Positions 39,560 to 48,347 of a stretch of DNA of 64,000 nucleotides are shown piece by piece (position 1 is the first letter of the stretch; each line of letters starts with the position of its first letter). Under the pieces are notes generated by a model. It had not been told where the DNA came from. It saw only the letters and a list, made by a program, of their open reading frames with translations, and did not search any database. Both the position numbers and the translations under genes were made by a program. Source of the DNA: an uncultured Microbacterium sp. (GTDB taxonomy: Bacteria; Actinomycetota; Actinomycetes; Actinomycetales; Microbacteriaceae); NCBI RefSeq assembly GCF_913774845.1, contig NZ_CAJYJO010000055.1. One strand, given 5' to 3'.

Positions 39560-40947
39560 CTCGTCCGTCCCCACGTCAGACGGGCGCCCAGACCACCGAG
39601 CGGGGAGCGCTCGAGCCCCAGTTGCCCACCGCCGGCGCGCATCAACTCGGCTACGATCGCGAGACCGAGACCGGTGCCGGGCGTGGAACGGTGCGCGCGA
39701 GCTCGCCAGAACCGGGTGCCCATGCTCTCGAGGTCGACGTCGGCGAGCTCCGTCCCGGAGTCCTCGACGCGCAGAGTCGTCGTCCCGGCGGCCTCGGCCA
39801 GGGAGAGCCGCACGAGCGCCCCGACACCGGCGTAGTTCACGGCGTTGTCGAGCAGCACCTGCACCATCTCCTCGAGGTCCGCGCGGCCGCAGGGGACGGT
39901 GACGCCCGTCTCGTCCGCGGCATCCATCGTCAGGCCGGCGTCCTCGAGCCGGCGTCGATGGGGTTCCCCGAGAGCGGATGCCGATACCCGGCACTCGCGC
40001 TCCGCGCCCTCGTCGCGCGCGGCGTCGAAGCCCTGCCGTGAGGCCGAGGCGCGATGCTCGGCGTTGGCGAGGGTCAGCATGCGCTCGACGGTGTGCTCGA
40101 GGCGGTCGAGGTCGTGGTCGACCGCGGTGAGATCATCTGCGGCATCCGGGTCCCGCGGGAGCGAGTCGACGCGGAGCCGGATCGCTGCCAGGGGTGTGCG
40201 CAACTGGTGCGAGGCGTCGGCGACGAAACCGCGCTGCTGTTCGAGGGTGTTCTCGACCTCGTCGGTCATCGTCGTGAACGCGCGGCTCAAGCGCCGCAGC
40301 TCGGGCGGGCCGGTCGGGCGCAGAGGGACCCGCTCGCGATGCGCGGTCAGGGCGTCCACGGCGGAGTCGAGGGCGCGCACCGGCCGGAGGATCCAGCGCG
40401 TCCACAGCAGCGACGCCCCCATCAGCGTCGCGAGGAGCAGCAGGCCCACGAGCACCACGAGGGTCCAGGCCGTGGCGACCTCGGTCTTCGCCCGCTCCAG
40501 GTCGACCTCGAGCACCACCACGCCGGTCGACAGATCACCCGCCGCGATCACGGGTACCGCGACGAGAGCGGAGTCCGGAGCCCAGGGGGCGACCCGCGGA
40601 AGCGACACCTGGGGGATCGCCCGTGAGGCCGCGCCGGCGATCGAACGGACGTCGAGGTCGGGGGAGAGGCCGCCCGCGGAGGCGACGACGTCACCGCTCT
40701 CGTCGAGGACGAGCACGGCCTCGCCGTAGACCGCGTGGAAACGGTCGAGATAGGTCTGCAGACCCGAGGAGCCGCCCTGCACGAGCGCTGTGCGCGCGCG
40801 TTGCACGACCTGGTCGAGCGACGCCTGGCGCTGCAGGGCGAGCTGCTGCGTCCTCGAGTCCGCGATGGACTGCGCCGTGGGGATCAGTACGGCGACGACG
40901 GCGATGAGACCGAACACGAGCAGGGGGAGGAGCACGCGCAGCTTCAC
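39556..40947 (-). CDS. Sensor histidine kinase with HAMP domain
   Basis: Two transmembrane segments, H-box DASHQLRTP, N-box LLDNA, G-boxes GTGLGL. Confidence 0.92.
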   Translation of the reverse strand: MKLRVLLPLLVFGLIAVVAVLIPTAQSIADSRTQQLALQRQASLDQVVQRARTALVQGGSSGLQTYLDRFHAVYGEAVLVLDESGDVVASAGGLSPDLDVRSIAGAASRAIPQVSLPRVAPWAPDSALVAVPVIAAGDLSTGVVVLEVDLERAKTEVATAWTLVVLVGLLLLATLMGASLLWTRWILRPVRALDSAVDALTAHRERVPLRPTGPPELRRLSRAFTTMTDEVENTLEQQRGFVADASHQLRTPLAAIRLRVDSLPRDPDAADDLTAVDHDLDRLEHTVERMLTLANAEHRASASRQGFDAARDEGAERECRVSASALGEPHRRRLEDAGLTMDAADETGVTVPCGRADLEEMVQVLLDNAVNYAGVGALVRLSLAEAAGTTTLRVEDSGTELADVDLESMGTRFWRARAHRSTPGTGLGLAIVAELMRAGGGQLGLERSPLGGLGARLTWGRTR

Positions 40948-41600
40948 GCGGCATCCTCCAGCCGGTAACCGAAGCCGCGCACGGTCGTGATCGTCAGTTC
41001 GGGGAGCTTCTGCCGCACCTGGCCGAGGTGCACGTCGAACGACCGCGAAGAGGTGGCGTAGGCGTCGCCCCAGACCTCGTCGAGGATGACCCGTCGGCTG
41101 ACGACCGTCCCCGCGCGGCGAGTGAGCGACAACAGGATGCCGAACTCGTTGGGGGTGAGCGCCACCTCGCGTCCCGCCACGCTGACGCGCCGTGCGTCGA
41201 CGTCGATCGACACCCGAGAGGTCTCGACACGCGTGGGCTCCTCGGGCGGGCTGTAACGGCGCGTGACGGCGACCAGCCGCGCGAGCAGTTCGTGCAGGCG
41301 CACGGGCTTCACGAGATAGTCGTCGGCGCCGAGGGACAGGGCGCGCACGGTGGAGCGTTCGTCACCGCGCGCGGTGACCACGATCACCGGGACCGGGCTG
41401 ACCTCGCGCAGATCGCGCAGCACGTCGAGGCCGTCGCGGTCCTCGAGGCCGAGGTCGAGCAGCACCGCCTGGACGTCTCGGTGTCGCAGCAGCACGTCGC
41501 TGCCCCGCGATACCCGCGTGCACGTGTGGCCCGCGCGGCTCAGGGCCGAGACGAGGGCCGCGGCGACGGAGCCGTCGTCCTCGGCGACGAGTACGTGCAT
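40944..41600 (-). CDS. OmpR-family response regulator
   Basis: VAEDD, LLDLGL, GADDYLVKP and winged-helix TVRGFGY. Confidence 0.93.
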   Translation of the reverse strand: MHVLVAEDDGSVAAALVSALSRAGHTCTRVSRGSDVLLRHRDVQAVLLDLGLEDRDGLDVLRDLREVSPVPVIVVTARGDERSTVRALSLGADDYLVKPVRLHELLARLVAVTRRYSPPEEPTRVETSRVSIDVDARRVSVAGREVALTPNEFGILLSLTRRAGTVVSRRVILDEVWGDAYATSSRSFDVHLGQVRQKLPELTITTVRGFGYRLEDAA

Positions 41601-41643
41601 GCTCCATCGTAGGCACAGCGCCCGCGCGGCCGGGATCGCCGAA

Positions 41644-41661
41644 TGTAAGGCGACTGTAAGG
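41644..41661. promoter_or_regulatory. Tandem direct repeat, candidate OmpR-family operator
   Basis: TGTAAGG-CGAC-TGTAAGG with an 11-bp period, in the divergent region between the regulator and the MFS gene. Confidence 0.55.
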
Positions 41662-41778
41662 ATCCGCGCACATGGCGCCCGCAGCGACCACGATGGCCGG
41701 TACGTCTCGTCGCCGCTGCCGGGGCCGTCCCCTCAGCGGTGACGGGGCGACCATCGTCCCTCGACCGATCGGATTCCC

Positions 41779-43143
41779 ATGTCAACGACGACGACGATCC
41801 CCACGAGCCTCAGACGTTCGATCTCGAACACCTTGAAAGGTTCGGCCGGCAACCTCGTGGAGTGGTACGACGTGTACGTCTACTCCGTCTTCGCCGTGTA
41901 CTTCGAGTCGCAGTTCTTCAGCGCGGACGACAAGAACTCCACGATCTACGTGTGGGCGATCTTCGCCGTCACGTTCCTCATGCGACCGATCGGCTCATGG
42001 TTCTTCGGCCGCTTCGCCGACCGCTACGGCCGCCGCCTCTCGCTCACCGTCTCGGTGTCGCTGATGGCGTTCTGCTCGCTGGTCATCGCCTTCGCGCCCA
42101 CCGCCGAGGCCATCGGCGCCGGGGCGGTCGTCATCCTCGTCTTCGCCCGCCTCGTGCAGGGTTTCGCCACCGGAGGCGAATACGGCACGAGCGCCACGTA
42201 CATGTCGGAGGCGGCCATGCCCGGGCGCCGCGGCTTCCTCTCGTCGTTCCACTACGTGACGCTCGTCGGCGGTCACGTGCTCGCGCAGACCACGCTGCTG
42301 ATCATGGTGCTGACCCTCGACGAGGAAGCCATCACCGCGTGGGGCTGGCGCGTCGCCTTCGCCATCGGCGGTGTCGCCGCGGTCGCCGTGTTCTGGATGC
42401 GCCGCACGATGGACGAGTCGCTCGAGAAGCACGTGCTCGACGACACCAAGGCGGGACGGTCGAAGGACTCGGGCTCGATGCGCGACCTGCTCGTCAACAA
42501 CTGGCGCCCGCTGCTGCTGTGCTTCGCCGTCACCGCGGGCGGCACCGTCGCGTTCTACACCTACTCGGTCACCGGCCCGAACATCGTCAAGACCGCGTTC
42601 TCCGGCGGTGACGTCGTCACCGGCACCGTCATCAACCTGATCGCGCTGATGGCCCTCATGCTCATGCAGCCGCTGGGTGGCTGGCTGTCCGACAAGGTGG
42701 GTCGCAAGTCGCTGCTCGTCTTCTTCGGCGTCGGCGGTGTGCTCTACACGTGGTTCCTCATCACGATGCTGCCGCAGCAGACCAACGAGTTCGCGGCGTT
42801 CGCGATCCTGTTCGGCGGCTTCGTCATCCTGACCGGGTACACCTCCATCAACGCCCTGGTGAAGGCGCAGCTGTTCCCGACGCACGTCCGCGCCCTCGGC
42901 GTCGGCCTCGGGTACGCGCTCGCCAACTCGCTGTTCGGCGGCACGGCGCCCCTGCTCTACGCGGGAGCGCAGTCGACCCAGCAGGTACCGCTGTTCATCG
43001 TCTACGTCACGGTCATCATCGCCGCCTCGCTCGCGGTGTACGTCTTCGCGCTGCGCAACAAGGCACCCAACTGGCTCGACGACGAACTCGTCATGCGCGA
43101 GATCGAGCAGAACAGGACCCGCGAAACGGTCGCGTCGCGCTGA
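41779..43143 (+). CDS. MFS transporter, metabolite:H+ symporter (KgtP-like)
   Basis: GNLVEWYDVYVY, FLMRPIG, QGFATGGEYG; about 12 transmembrane helices. Confidence 0.9.
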   Translation: MSTTTTIPTSLRRSISNTLKGSAGNLVEWYDVYVYSVFAVYFESQFFSADDKNSTIYVWAIFAVTFLMRPIGSWFFGRFADRYGRRLSLTVSVSLMAFCSLVIAFAPTAEAIGAGAVVILVFARLVQGFATGGEYGTSATYMSEAAMPGRRGFLSSFHYVTLVGGHVLAQTTLLIMVLTLDEEAITAWGWRVAFAIGGVAAVAVFWMRRTMDESLEKHVLDDTKAGRSKDSGSMRDLLVNNWRPLLLCFAVTAGGTVAFYTYSVTGPNIVKTAFSGGDVVTGTVINLIALMALMLMQPLGGWLSDKVGRKSLLVFFGVGGVLYTWFLITMLPQQTNEFAAFAILFGGFVILTGYTSINALVKAQLFPTHVRALGVGLGYALANSLFGGTAPLLYAGAQSTQQVPLFIVYVTVIIAASLAVYVFALRNKAPNWLDDELVMREIEQNRTRETVASR

Positions 43144-43166
43144 CGCGCACGGAAGCGGATCCAGTG

Positions 43167-43346
43167 AACGGATGCGGATGCCGGCGATCCCGGCATCCGC
43201 ATCCGTTGCTGTTCTCCGCATCCGGCGCAGGTCCGCGCATCGCGCCGTGGAGTCGGCTCCTGCGTCGCGGAATCGGCCCTGCGCAACAGATGCGGATGCC
43301 ATCGCCCCTGGCATCCGCATCCGTCACCGTCCTCCGCATCCGGCGC
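43167..43346. repeat. Two ~62-nt palindromic units spaced 118 bp apart
   Basis: AAC(G/A)GATGCGGATGCC-N8/9-GGCATCCGCATCCGT-N8-CTCCGCATCCGGCGC at 43167-43228 and 43285-43346. Confidence 0.8.
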
Positions 43347-43430
43347 GCCTACACCGGCGCAGCAACGGCATGACGGTCATGACCGAGGCGCGGCGCCGGC
43401 CCCGGCGCAGGACAGCCACGCCGATACGAC

Positions 43431-43458
43431 GAAAGCCCCCGCCGAAGCGGAGGCTTTC
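43431..43458 (-). terminator. Hairpin downstream of tRNA-Ala
   Basis: GAAAGCC-CCCGC-CGAA-GCGG-AGGCTTTC. Confidence 0.65.
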
Positions 43459-43466
43459 TCTCTGGG

Positions 43467-43539
43467 TGGACCTGAGGGGACTCGAACCCCTGACCCCCTG
43501 CATGCCATGCAGGTGCGCTACCAGCTGCGCCACAGGCCC
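43467..43539 (-). tRNA. tRNA-Ala (anticodon GGC)
   Basis: Acceptor GGGCCTG/CAGGTCC, anticodon arm CCTGC-ATGGCAT-GCAGG, T-loop TTCGAGT. Confidence 0.97.
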
Positions 43540-43591
43540 GTTTTTTGTTTTCCGCCCCGTTCGAGGCAACTCCATGAGCTTACAACACGGA

Positions 43592-44488
43592 TCACGAGCG
43601 CACGAAATCGGCGCCGCCGGGCGTGTCGTCGGGCCGGGTGGCGGACGCGAGGACGGCCCGACGCAGTGTTTGGCCGCGCTCGCTGAGGGCTCTCTGGCGC
43701 GAGATGTACTCGGCCTTGCCCTCGGGGGTCTCGATGGTCACCGGGGCGTATCCCCAGGCGGTGAGATCGTACGGCGATGCCTGCATGTCGAGGCTCCGGA
43801 TGTCGCGGGCGAGCTCGAACGCGTCGAGCAGCAGAGCACCCGGAACGAGGGGGCCGAGTTTGACCGCCCACTTGTAGATGTCCATGCCGGCGTGCAAGCA
43901 CCCGGGCTGTTCGCGCGACACCTGGTCGTCGCGGCTCAGGGCGGTGCGGTTGAGCGGAACGGCTTCGGGGGTGAAGAAGCGGAAGGCGTCGAAGTGCGTG
44001 CACCTCAGGTCGTGAGCCTCGACCACGGCGTCGGTCCCGTCGCGCCCGAGACGGAGCGGAACGGCGTGTCGCACCGCGTCGGCGCGGTAGGCCATCGCCC
44101 ACTCGTGCAAGCCGAAGCACCCGAACTGCGCGGGGCGGTCGAGGGTCGCCCGCAGCAGGTTGACGACGCCGCGGTACATCGAGCCCTTCTCGGTGCGGAA
44201 GCGCTCGGCATCCACCTCCACTCCACCGGCCACGGCGCGGTACCAGCGCCAGCCGGCGCGCTCGTCGGCGCCGTCGAGCGCGATGCCCGGGCCAGGGTGC
44301 CAACGCCGCAGAACGGCGGGCTTGTAGGAGTAGTAGGTGAAGAGGAAGTCCTCGACGGGATGCTTCTGCGCCCGCTGTGCCCGGGCACGGTGATCGGCGG
44401 TCAGCGCGTCGGCTCGGTGCGCGTGTTCGTCGGCGGCGGTCGTCCACTCGTCGCGCGTGAGACGCGTTCCGGTCGCGAGAAGGCTCAC
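43592..44488 (-). CDS. Conserved actinobacterial protein (family often labelled 3-methyladenine DNA glycosylase)
   Basis: KHPVEDFLFTYY, GCFGLHEWAM, CTHFDAFRFFT and QPGCLHAGMD; GTG overlaps the SRAP stop. Function is not established from the sequence. Confidence 0.75.
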   Translation of the reverse strand: MSLLATGTRLTRDEWTTAADEHAHRADALTADHRARAQRAQKHPVEDFLFTYYSYKPAVLRRWHPGPGIALDGADERAGWRWYRAVAGGVEVDAERFRTEKGSMYRGVVNLLRATLDRPAQFGCFGLHEWAMAYRADAVRHAVPLRLGRDGTDAVVEAHDLRCTHFDAFRFFTPEAVPLNRTALSRDDQVSREQPGCLHAGMDIYKWAVKLGPLVPGALLLDAFELARDIRSLDMQASPYDLTAWGYAPVTIETPEGKAEYISRQRALSERGQTLRRAVLASATRPDDTPGGADFVRS

Positions 44489-45195
44489 TCGACGGGCTCG
44501 ATCAGGGCGGGGGAGTCGTTGCGCACGTTGCCCACGGCTGGCGAGACCACGTGGTCGTCGAGCGTCTCGGCGACGTCGGGCGCCGCGTCGATCGCCGCAT
44601 CGAGGATGTCGCCCACGTTCTCGGTCGTCGGATCGAGCCACGCGTCGGCGAAGTCGGGGTCCATGAACAGCGGCATCCGGTCGTGGATCGAGCCGAGGCG
44701 CCCGATCGAGTCGCGCGTGAGGATGGTGCAGCTCAAGATCCACCGGGAGGGGTCGTCGTCGGCGCGGGCGGGGTCTTTCCACCACTCGTACAGGCCGGCG
44801 AAGAACAGCGGGGATCCGTCGGCGGGGTGGATGTAGTGCGGGGTCTTGCCTTCGTCGCTCGTCTTCCACTCGTAGTACCCGGATGCCGGGATCACCGCGC
44901 GTCGCTTGATGAGGGCGTTGCGGAACATCGGTTTGTCTTCGACCTCTTCGGAGCGCGCGTTGAACGCCCGCGCCCCGATCTTGACGTCTTTGGCCCACCC
45001 GGGCACGAGGCCCCAACGCGCGACCTCGAGTCGCCGGACCGGGGGCTCGCTCTTGATGGAGTCGAGCACGATCCCCACCTGCGACGTGGGCGCGATGTTG
45101 TAGGAGGGTGTCGGCAGCTCATCGGCTTCGACGTCGACGCGGAGCACCCCCACGAGTTCCGAGGCCACGTTGGCTACGACGAATCGACCGCACAT
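44485..45195 (-). CDS. SOS response-associated peptidase (SRAP/HMCES family)
   Basis: N-terminal MCGRF with the catalytic Cys2, YNIAP, RWGL, NARSE, GYYEW and HDRMP. Confidence 0.95.
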   Translation of the reverse strand: MCGRFVVANVASELVGVLRVDVEADELPTPSYNIAPTSQVGIVLDSIKSEPPVRRLEVARWGLVPGWAKDVKIGARAFNARSEEVEDKPMFRNALIKRRAVIPASGYYEWKTSDEGKTPHYIHPADGSPLFFAGLYEWWKDPARADDDPSRWILSCTILTRDSIGRLGSIHDRMPLFMDPDFADAWLDPTTENVGDILDAAIDAAPDVAETLDDHVVSPAVGNVRNDSPALIEPVE

Positions 45196-45201
45196 GTCTC
45201 C

Positions 45202-45223
45202 ACCGTACGCGCCGCCTCCGACA
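45202..45223 (-). promoter_or_regulatory. RecA-NDp/PafBC-type promoter of SRAP (leaderless)
   Basis: TGTCGGAG-N8-TACGGT, 6 nt before the ATG. Confidence 0.7.
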
Positions 45224-45283
45224 TCGGGACGCTCGAGTCGATGCGGGACGGGCGAGCGGCGTCGACCGACGCGGCATCCGGGA

Positions 45284-46315
45284 TCAGGCGCCTGCGGAGA
45301 TGACCCCGACCGCCTGCAGGCGCTCGAGCAGGCCGGCGCCGTCGGACGCCGTCACCCACGGGACCTCGGCGGCCGAGTGGTCGTCGACCACCGTGCGACC
45401 ACCCGCGAGCACGGCCTCGGCGGGAAGCAGCTTGCGGATCGCCACGGCGGCGACGTTCTGCGGGTGCTCGATCGCGAAGCCGGTGTAGATGGCGTCGTCG
45501 TGCTGTCCGTCGTCTCCGACCAGCAACCACTTCACCTGCGGCAGCTCCGCGGCGATGCGGCGGAGGTTGGTCTCTTTGTGGTCGCGTCCGCTGCGGAACC
45601 ACCGGTCGTGCGTGGGGCCCCAGTCGGTGAGCAGGAACGACCCCGAGGGGAAGAGGTGTCGACGCATGAAGCGCGTGAGCGTGGGGGCGACGTTCCACGC
45701 TCCCGTGGAGAGGTAGATGACGGGGGTGCCGGGGTGCTCGCGGGTGAGTCGCTCGAGCATCACCGCCATGCCGGGCACGGGCTGACGAGCGTGCTCGTCG
45801 ACGACGAACGAGTTCCACGCCGCCAGCAGGGGGCGGGGGAGCGCGGTGACCATGACCGTGTCGTCGATGTCGCTGACTACACCGAACCGCACGTCGGAGC
45901 CGACGATGAAGACGCGCACCTCGGTCGGGTCGCTGCCCTCGACGACCATCGTGACGGTCTGCCAGCCGGGAGCGAGGGATGCCGGCAGCTTCGCATCGAT
46001 CACGCCGCCGCGGTCGGCGGTGACCTCGTGCGGCACGCCGTCGATCATCACCGTGACACGCGCGGACCCCACCGGGACCGCCGCGAAACTGCGCCAGCCG
46101 CGCAGGCTCGCGAACTCACCGGTGGAGGTGCGCTTGATCGGCGGGGCGATGAGGACGCGTCCGAGGACGCGCACCCACTCCTCGGTGCCGTATCCGGGGA
46201 AACCGGTGACCACCGGCCGCAGACCGCGCGCGCGGGCGCGCCGCTCGCGCCAACGGTGGAACCGGCGCTCGAGTCGGGCGAACCAGAGCGCTTTTACGCG
46301 AGGAGAGCGAGACAT
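45284..46315 (-). CDS. App1-family phosphatidate phosphatase-like protein (DUF2183)
   Basis: VVSDIDDTV HAD-like motif, YLSTGAWN and LVGDDGQHD. Confidence 0.85.
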   Translation of the reverse strand: MSRSPRVKALWFARLERRFHRWRERRARARGLRPVVTGFPGYGTEEWVRVLGRVLIAPPIKRTSTGEFASLRGWRSFAAVPVGSARVTVMIDGVPHEVTADRGGVIDAKLPASLAPGWQTVTMVVEGSDPTEVRVFIVGSDVRFGVVSDIDDTVMVTALPRPLLAAWNSFVVDEHARQPVPGMAVMLERLTREHPGTPVIYLSTGAWNVAPTLTRFMRRHLFPSGSFLLTDWGPTHDRWFRSGRDHKETNLRRIAAELPQVKWLLVGDDGQHDDAIYTGFAIEHPQNVAAVAIRKLLPAEAVLAGGRTVVDDHSAAEVPWVTASDGAGLLERLQAVGVISAGA

Positions 46316-46320
46316 CGCCC

Positions 46321-47001
46321 TCAGTCTTTCACGTCGCCGTCCACCGGTTCGAGAGTCTGCGCCTCCTCGGCGAGGTGACGTCGTTCGAGGCGCTCGAGGA
46401 GCTTCTTCCCGACGAAGACCAGCACGATGAAGGCGGCGAGGATGCCGACGAAGATGTAGCCCGCTCCGTGGATGCGGTCGGACAGCTCGCGGTACGTGCC
46501 CGCCGCCGACGCGGCCACCGTCACGTACAGGCTCGCCCACACGATGCAGGCCGGCGTCGTCCAGGCGAGGAAGCGCCGGTAGCGGTAGCCGCTCATGCCC
46601 ACCGTGAGGGGCACGAGCGAGTGCAGGACGGGGAGGAAGCGCGAGAGGAAGATGGCCGGCCCGCCCCGACGGCGGAGGTAGCGGTCCGCGCGGTCCCAGT
46701 TGCGCTCGCCGAGCTTGCGACCGAGGCGCGAGGCGCGGATTCGCGGCCCGAAGTACCGCCCGAGCCAGAAGCCGAAACTCTCGCCGAGCAGAGCACCCAC
46801 GACGATCGCGGCGGCCAGCACCACGCCCTCGACGGGGGAGGCGACCGCGGTCCCGGCGACGATCACCATCGTGTCGCCCGGGACGATCAGTCCCACGAGC
46901 ACGCTGGTCTCGAGCATGACCGCGATTCCGGCGATCAGGGTGCGCAGCACGGGGTCGACGTTCTGGACGACGTCGAGCAGCCACGTGAGGATCTCGTTCA
47001 C
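46321..47001 (-). CDS. DedA family membrane protein
   Basis: LETSVLVGLIVPGD, AIFLSRFLPVLH and AGMS-like VGMS. Confidence 0.9.
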   Translation of the reverse strand: MNEILTWLLDVVQNVDPVLRTLIAGIAVMLETSVLVGLIVPGDTMVIVAGTAVASPVEGVVLAAAIVVGALLGESFGFWLGRYFGPRIRASRLGRKLGERNWDRADRYLRRRGGPAIFLSRFLPVLHSLVPLTVGMSGYRYRRFLAWTTPACIVWASLYVTVAASAAGTYRELSDRIHGAGYIFVGILAAFIVLVFVGKKLLERLERRHLAEEAQTLEPVDGDVKD

Positions 47002-47043
47002 CTCCGTCAGCCTATTGCCGCCCCTCGGCCCTAGCCTGGGAGC

Positions 47044-48282
47044 GTGCCGCACTGCGCCTCACCGTTCCCTCTGACCGGATGGGTCGATCCCGAGGCGGTG
47101 TTCGTCCACCTCTTCGCGGACGCCCCGTACGCGTTCTGGCTCGACGCCGGCAGCGACGCGACCACGGGCTGGAGCTGGATGGGCGTCGCGCGACCCGACG
47201 ACCCCGCCCGGCCGCTCGGACGGACTTCCGCCGTCTCGCCCGACGTCGATCCCGCCGCCGGCGCCTTCCGGGGCGGATGGGTCGGCTGGCGCACCTATGA
47301 GGGCGACGACCTGTGGTTGCGAACCGACGCCTTCCTCGCGTTCGATCACGCGACGCGGCGAATCCTCGCCTTCGGCGATCCGGCGCTCGCGGAGGCCGCG
47401 TCCGACGCCCCGTCCGCTCCGACGCTTCCCGACGCGCAGCGGCGCGCGACGGCATCCGCCCGGGTCGCCCCCGAACGCTACGCGGAGCAGATCGAGGCGT
47501 GCCGCGAGCGCATCCGCGAGGGCGATGCGTACCAGCTGTGCCTCACGACCCGCTTCCGCGTCGAGGGCGCGGTCGATCCGGTCGCGGTGTTCCGGCGCCT
47601 GCGCCGCAGCTCGAGCTCTCACCACGGCGGTCTCGTGCGCGCCGGAGACATCGCGCTCGTCAGCGCCTCGCCCGAGCGGTTCCTCGAGGTGCGCGCGGGC
47701 AGCGTGCACACGCACCCGATCAAGGGCACCCGCCCGCGCGCCGCCGAACCGGCCGCCGACCGCGCTCTCGTCGAGGACCTGCGCACGGATGCCAAGGAGC
47801 GCGCCGAGAACGTCATGATCGTCGACCTGATGCGCAACGACCTCACCCGGGTGTGCGTCCCGTCGTCGGTCGGCGTCGACCGGCTGCTCGAGGTGGAGAC
47901 GTATCCGCACGTCCACCAGTTGGTCAGCGAGATCTCCGGACGCCTGCTGCCCGGGACGACGGTCGGCGAGCTGCTCGAGGCGACCTTCCCGGCGGGGAGC
48001 ATGACGGGAGCGCCGAAGCGGTCGGCGCGGGAGATCCTCGCGGCGCTCGAAGGCGCCCCGCGCGGGCTGTACTCCGGCGCCTTCGGCTGGATCGGCGACG
48101 ACGGGGACGCGGATCTCGCGATGGTCATCCGCAGCATCGTCGTCGAACCGGATGCCGCCTGGGTCGGCGCCGGTGGAGGCATCACGTGGCGCTCGGTCGC
48201 GGCATCCGAGGTGGCCGAGGTGGGCATCAAGGCGCGCGCGCCGCTCGCCGCCCTCGGCGCCCGCGTACCGCCCGGGTGGTGA
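47044..48282 (+). CDS. pabB: Chorismate-binding enzyme, aminodeoxychorismate synthase component I-like
   Basis: [35 protein letters not shown] and GAGGGI. Confidence 0.8.
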   Translation: MPHCASPFPLTGWVDPEAVFVHLFADAPYAFWLDAGSDATTGWSWMGVARPDDPARPLGRTSAVSPDVDPAAGAFRGGWVGWRTYEGDDLWLRTDAFLAFDHATRRILAFGDPALAEAASDAPSAPTLPDAQRRATASARVAPERYAEQIEACRERIREGDAYQLCLTTRFRVEGAVDPVAVFRRLRRSSSSHHGGLVRAGDIALVSASPERFLEVRAGSVHTHPIKGTRPRAAEPAADRALVEDLRTDAKERAENVMIVDLMRNDLTRVCVPSSVGVDRLLEVETYPHVHQLVSEISGRLLPGTTVGELLEATFPAGSMTGAPKRSAREILAALEGAPRGLYSGAFGWIGDDGDADLAMVIRSIVVEPDAAWVGAGGGITWRSVAASEVAEVGIKARAPLAALGARVPPGW

Positions 48283-48347
48283 CGACGGGTCCGATAGCCT
48301 GGGAGTTGGTCCTCGTGGCCTCCCGACCTTCACGATTGGCTTCACCC

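Noticed and set aside
44486-44505. TCGACGGGCTC at the SRAP 3' end as another palindrome copy
   Set aside because: The loop-like 11-mer has no flanking complementary stems; it is explained by the ProValGlu codons.
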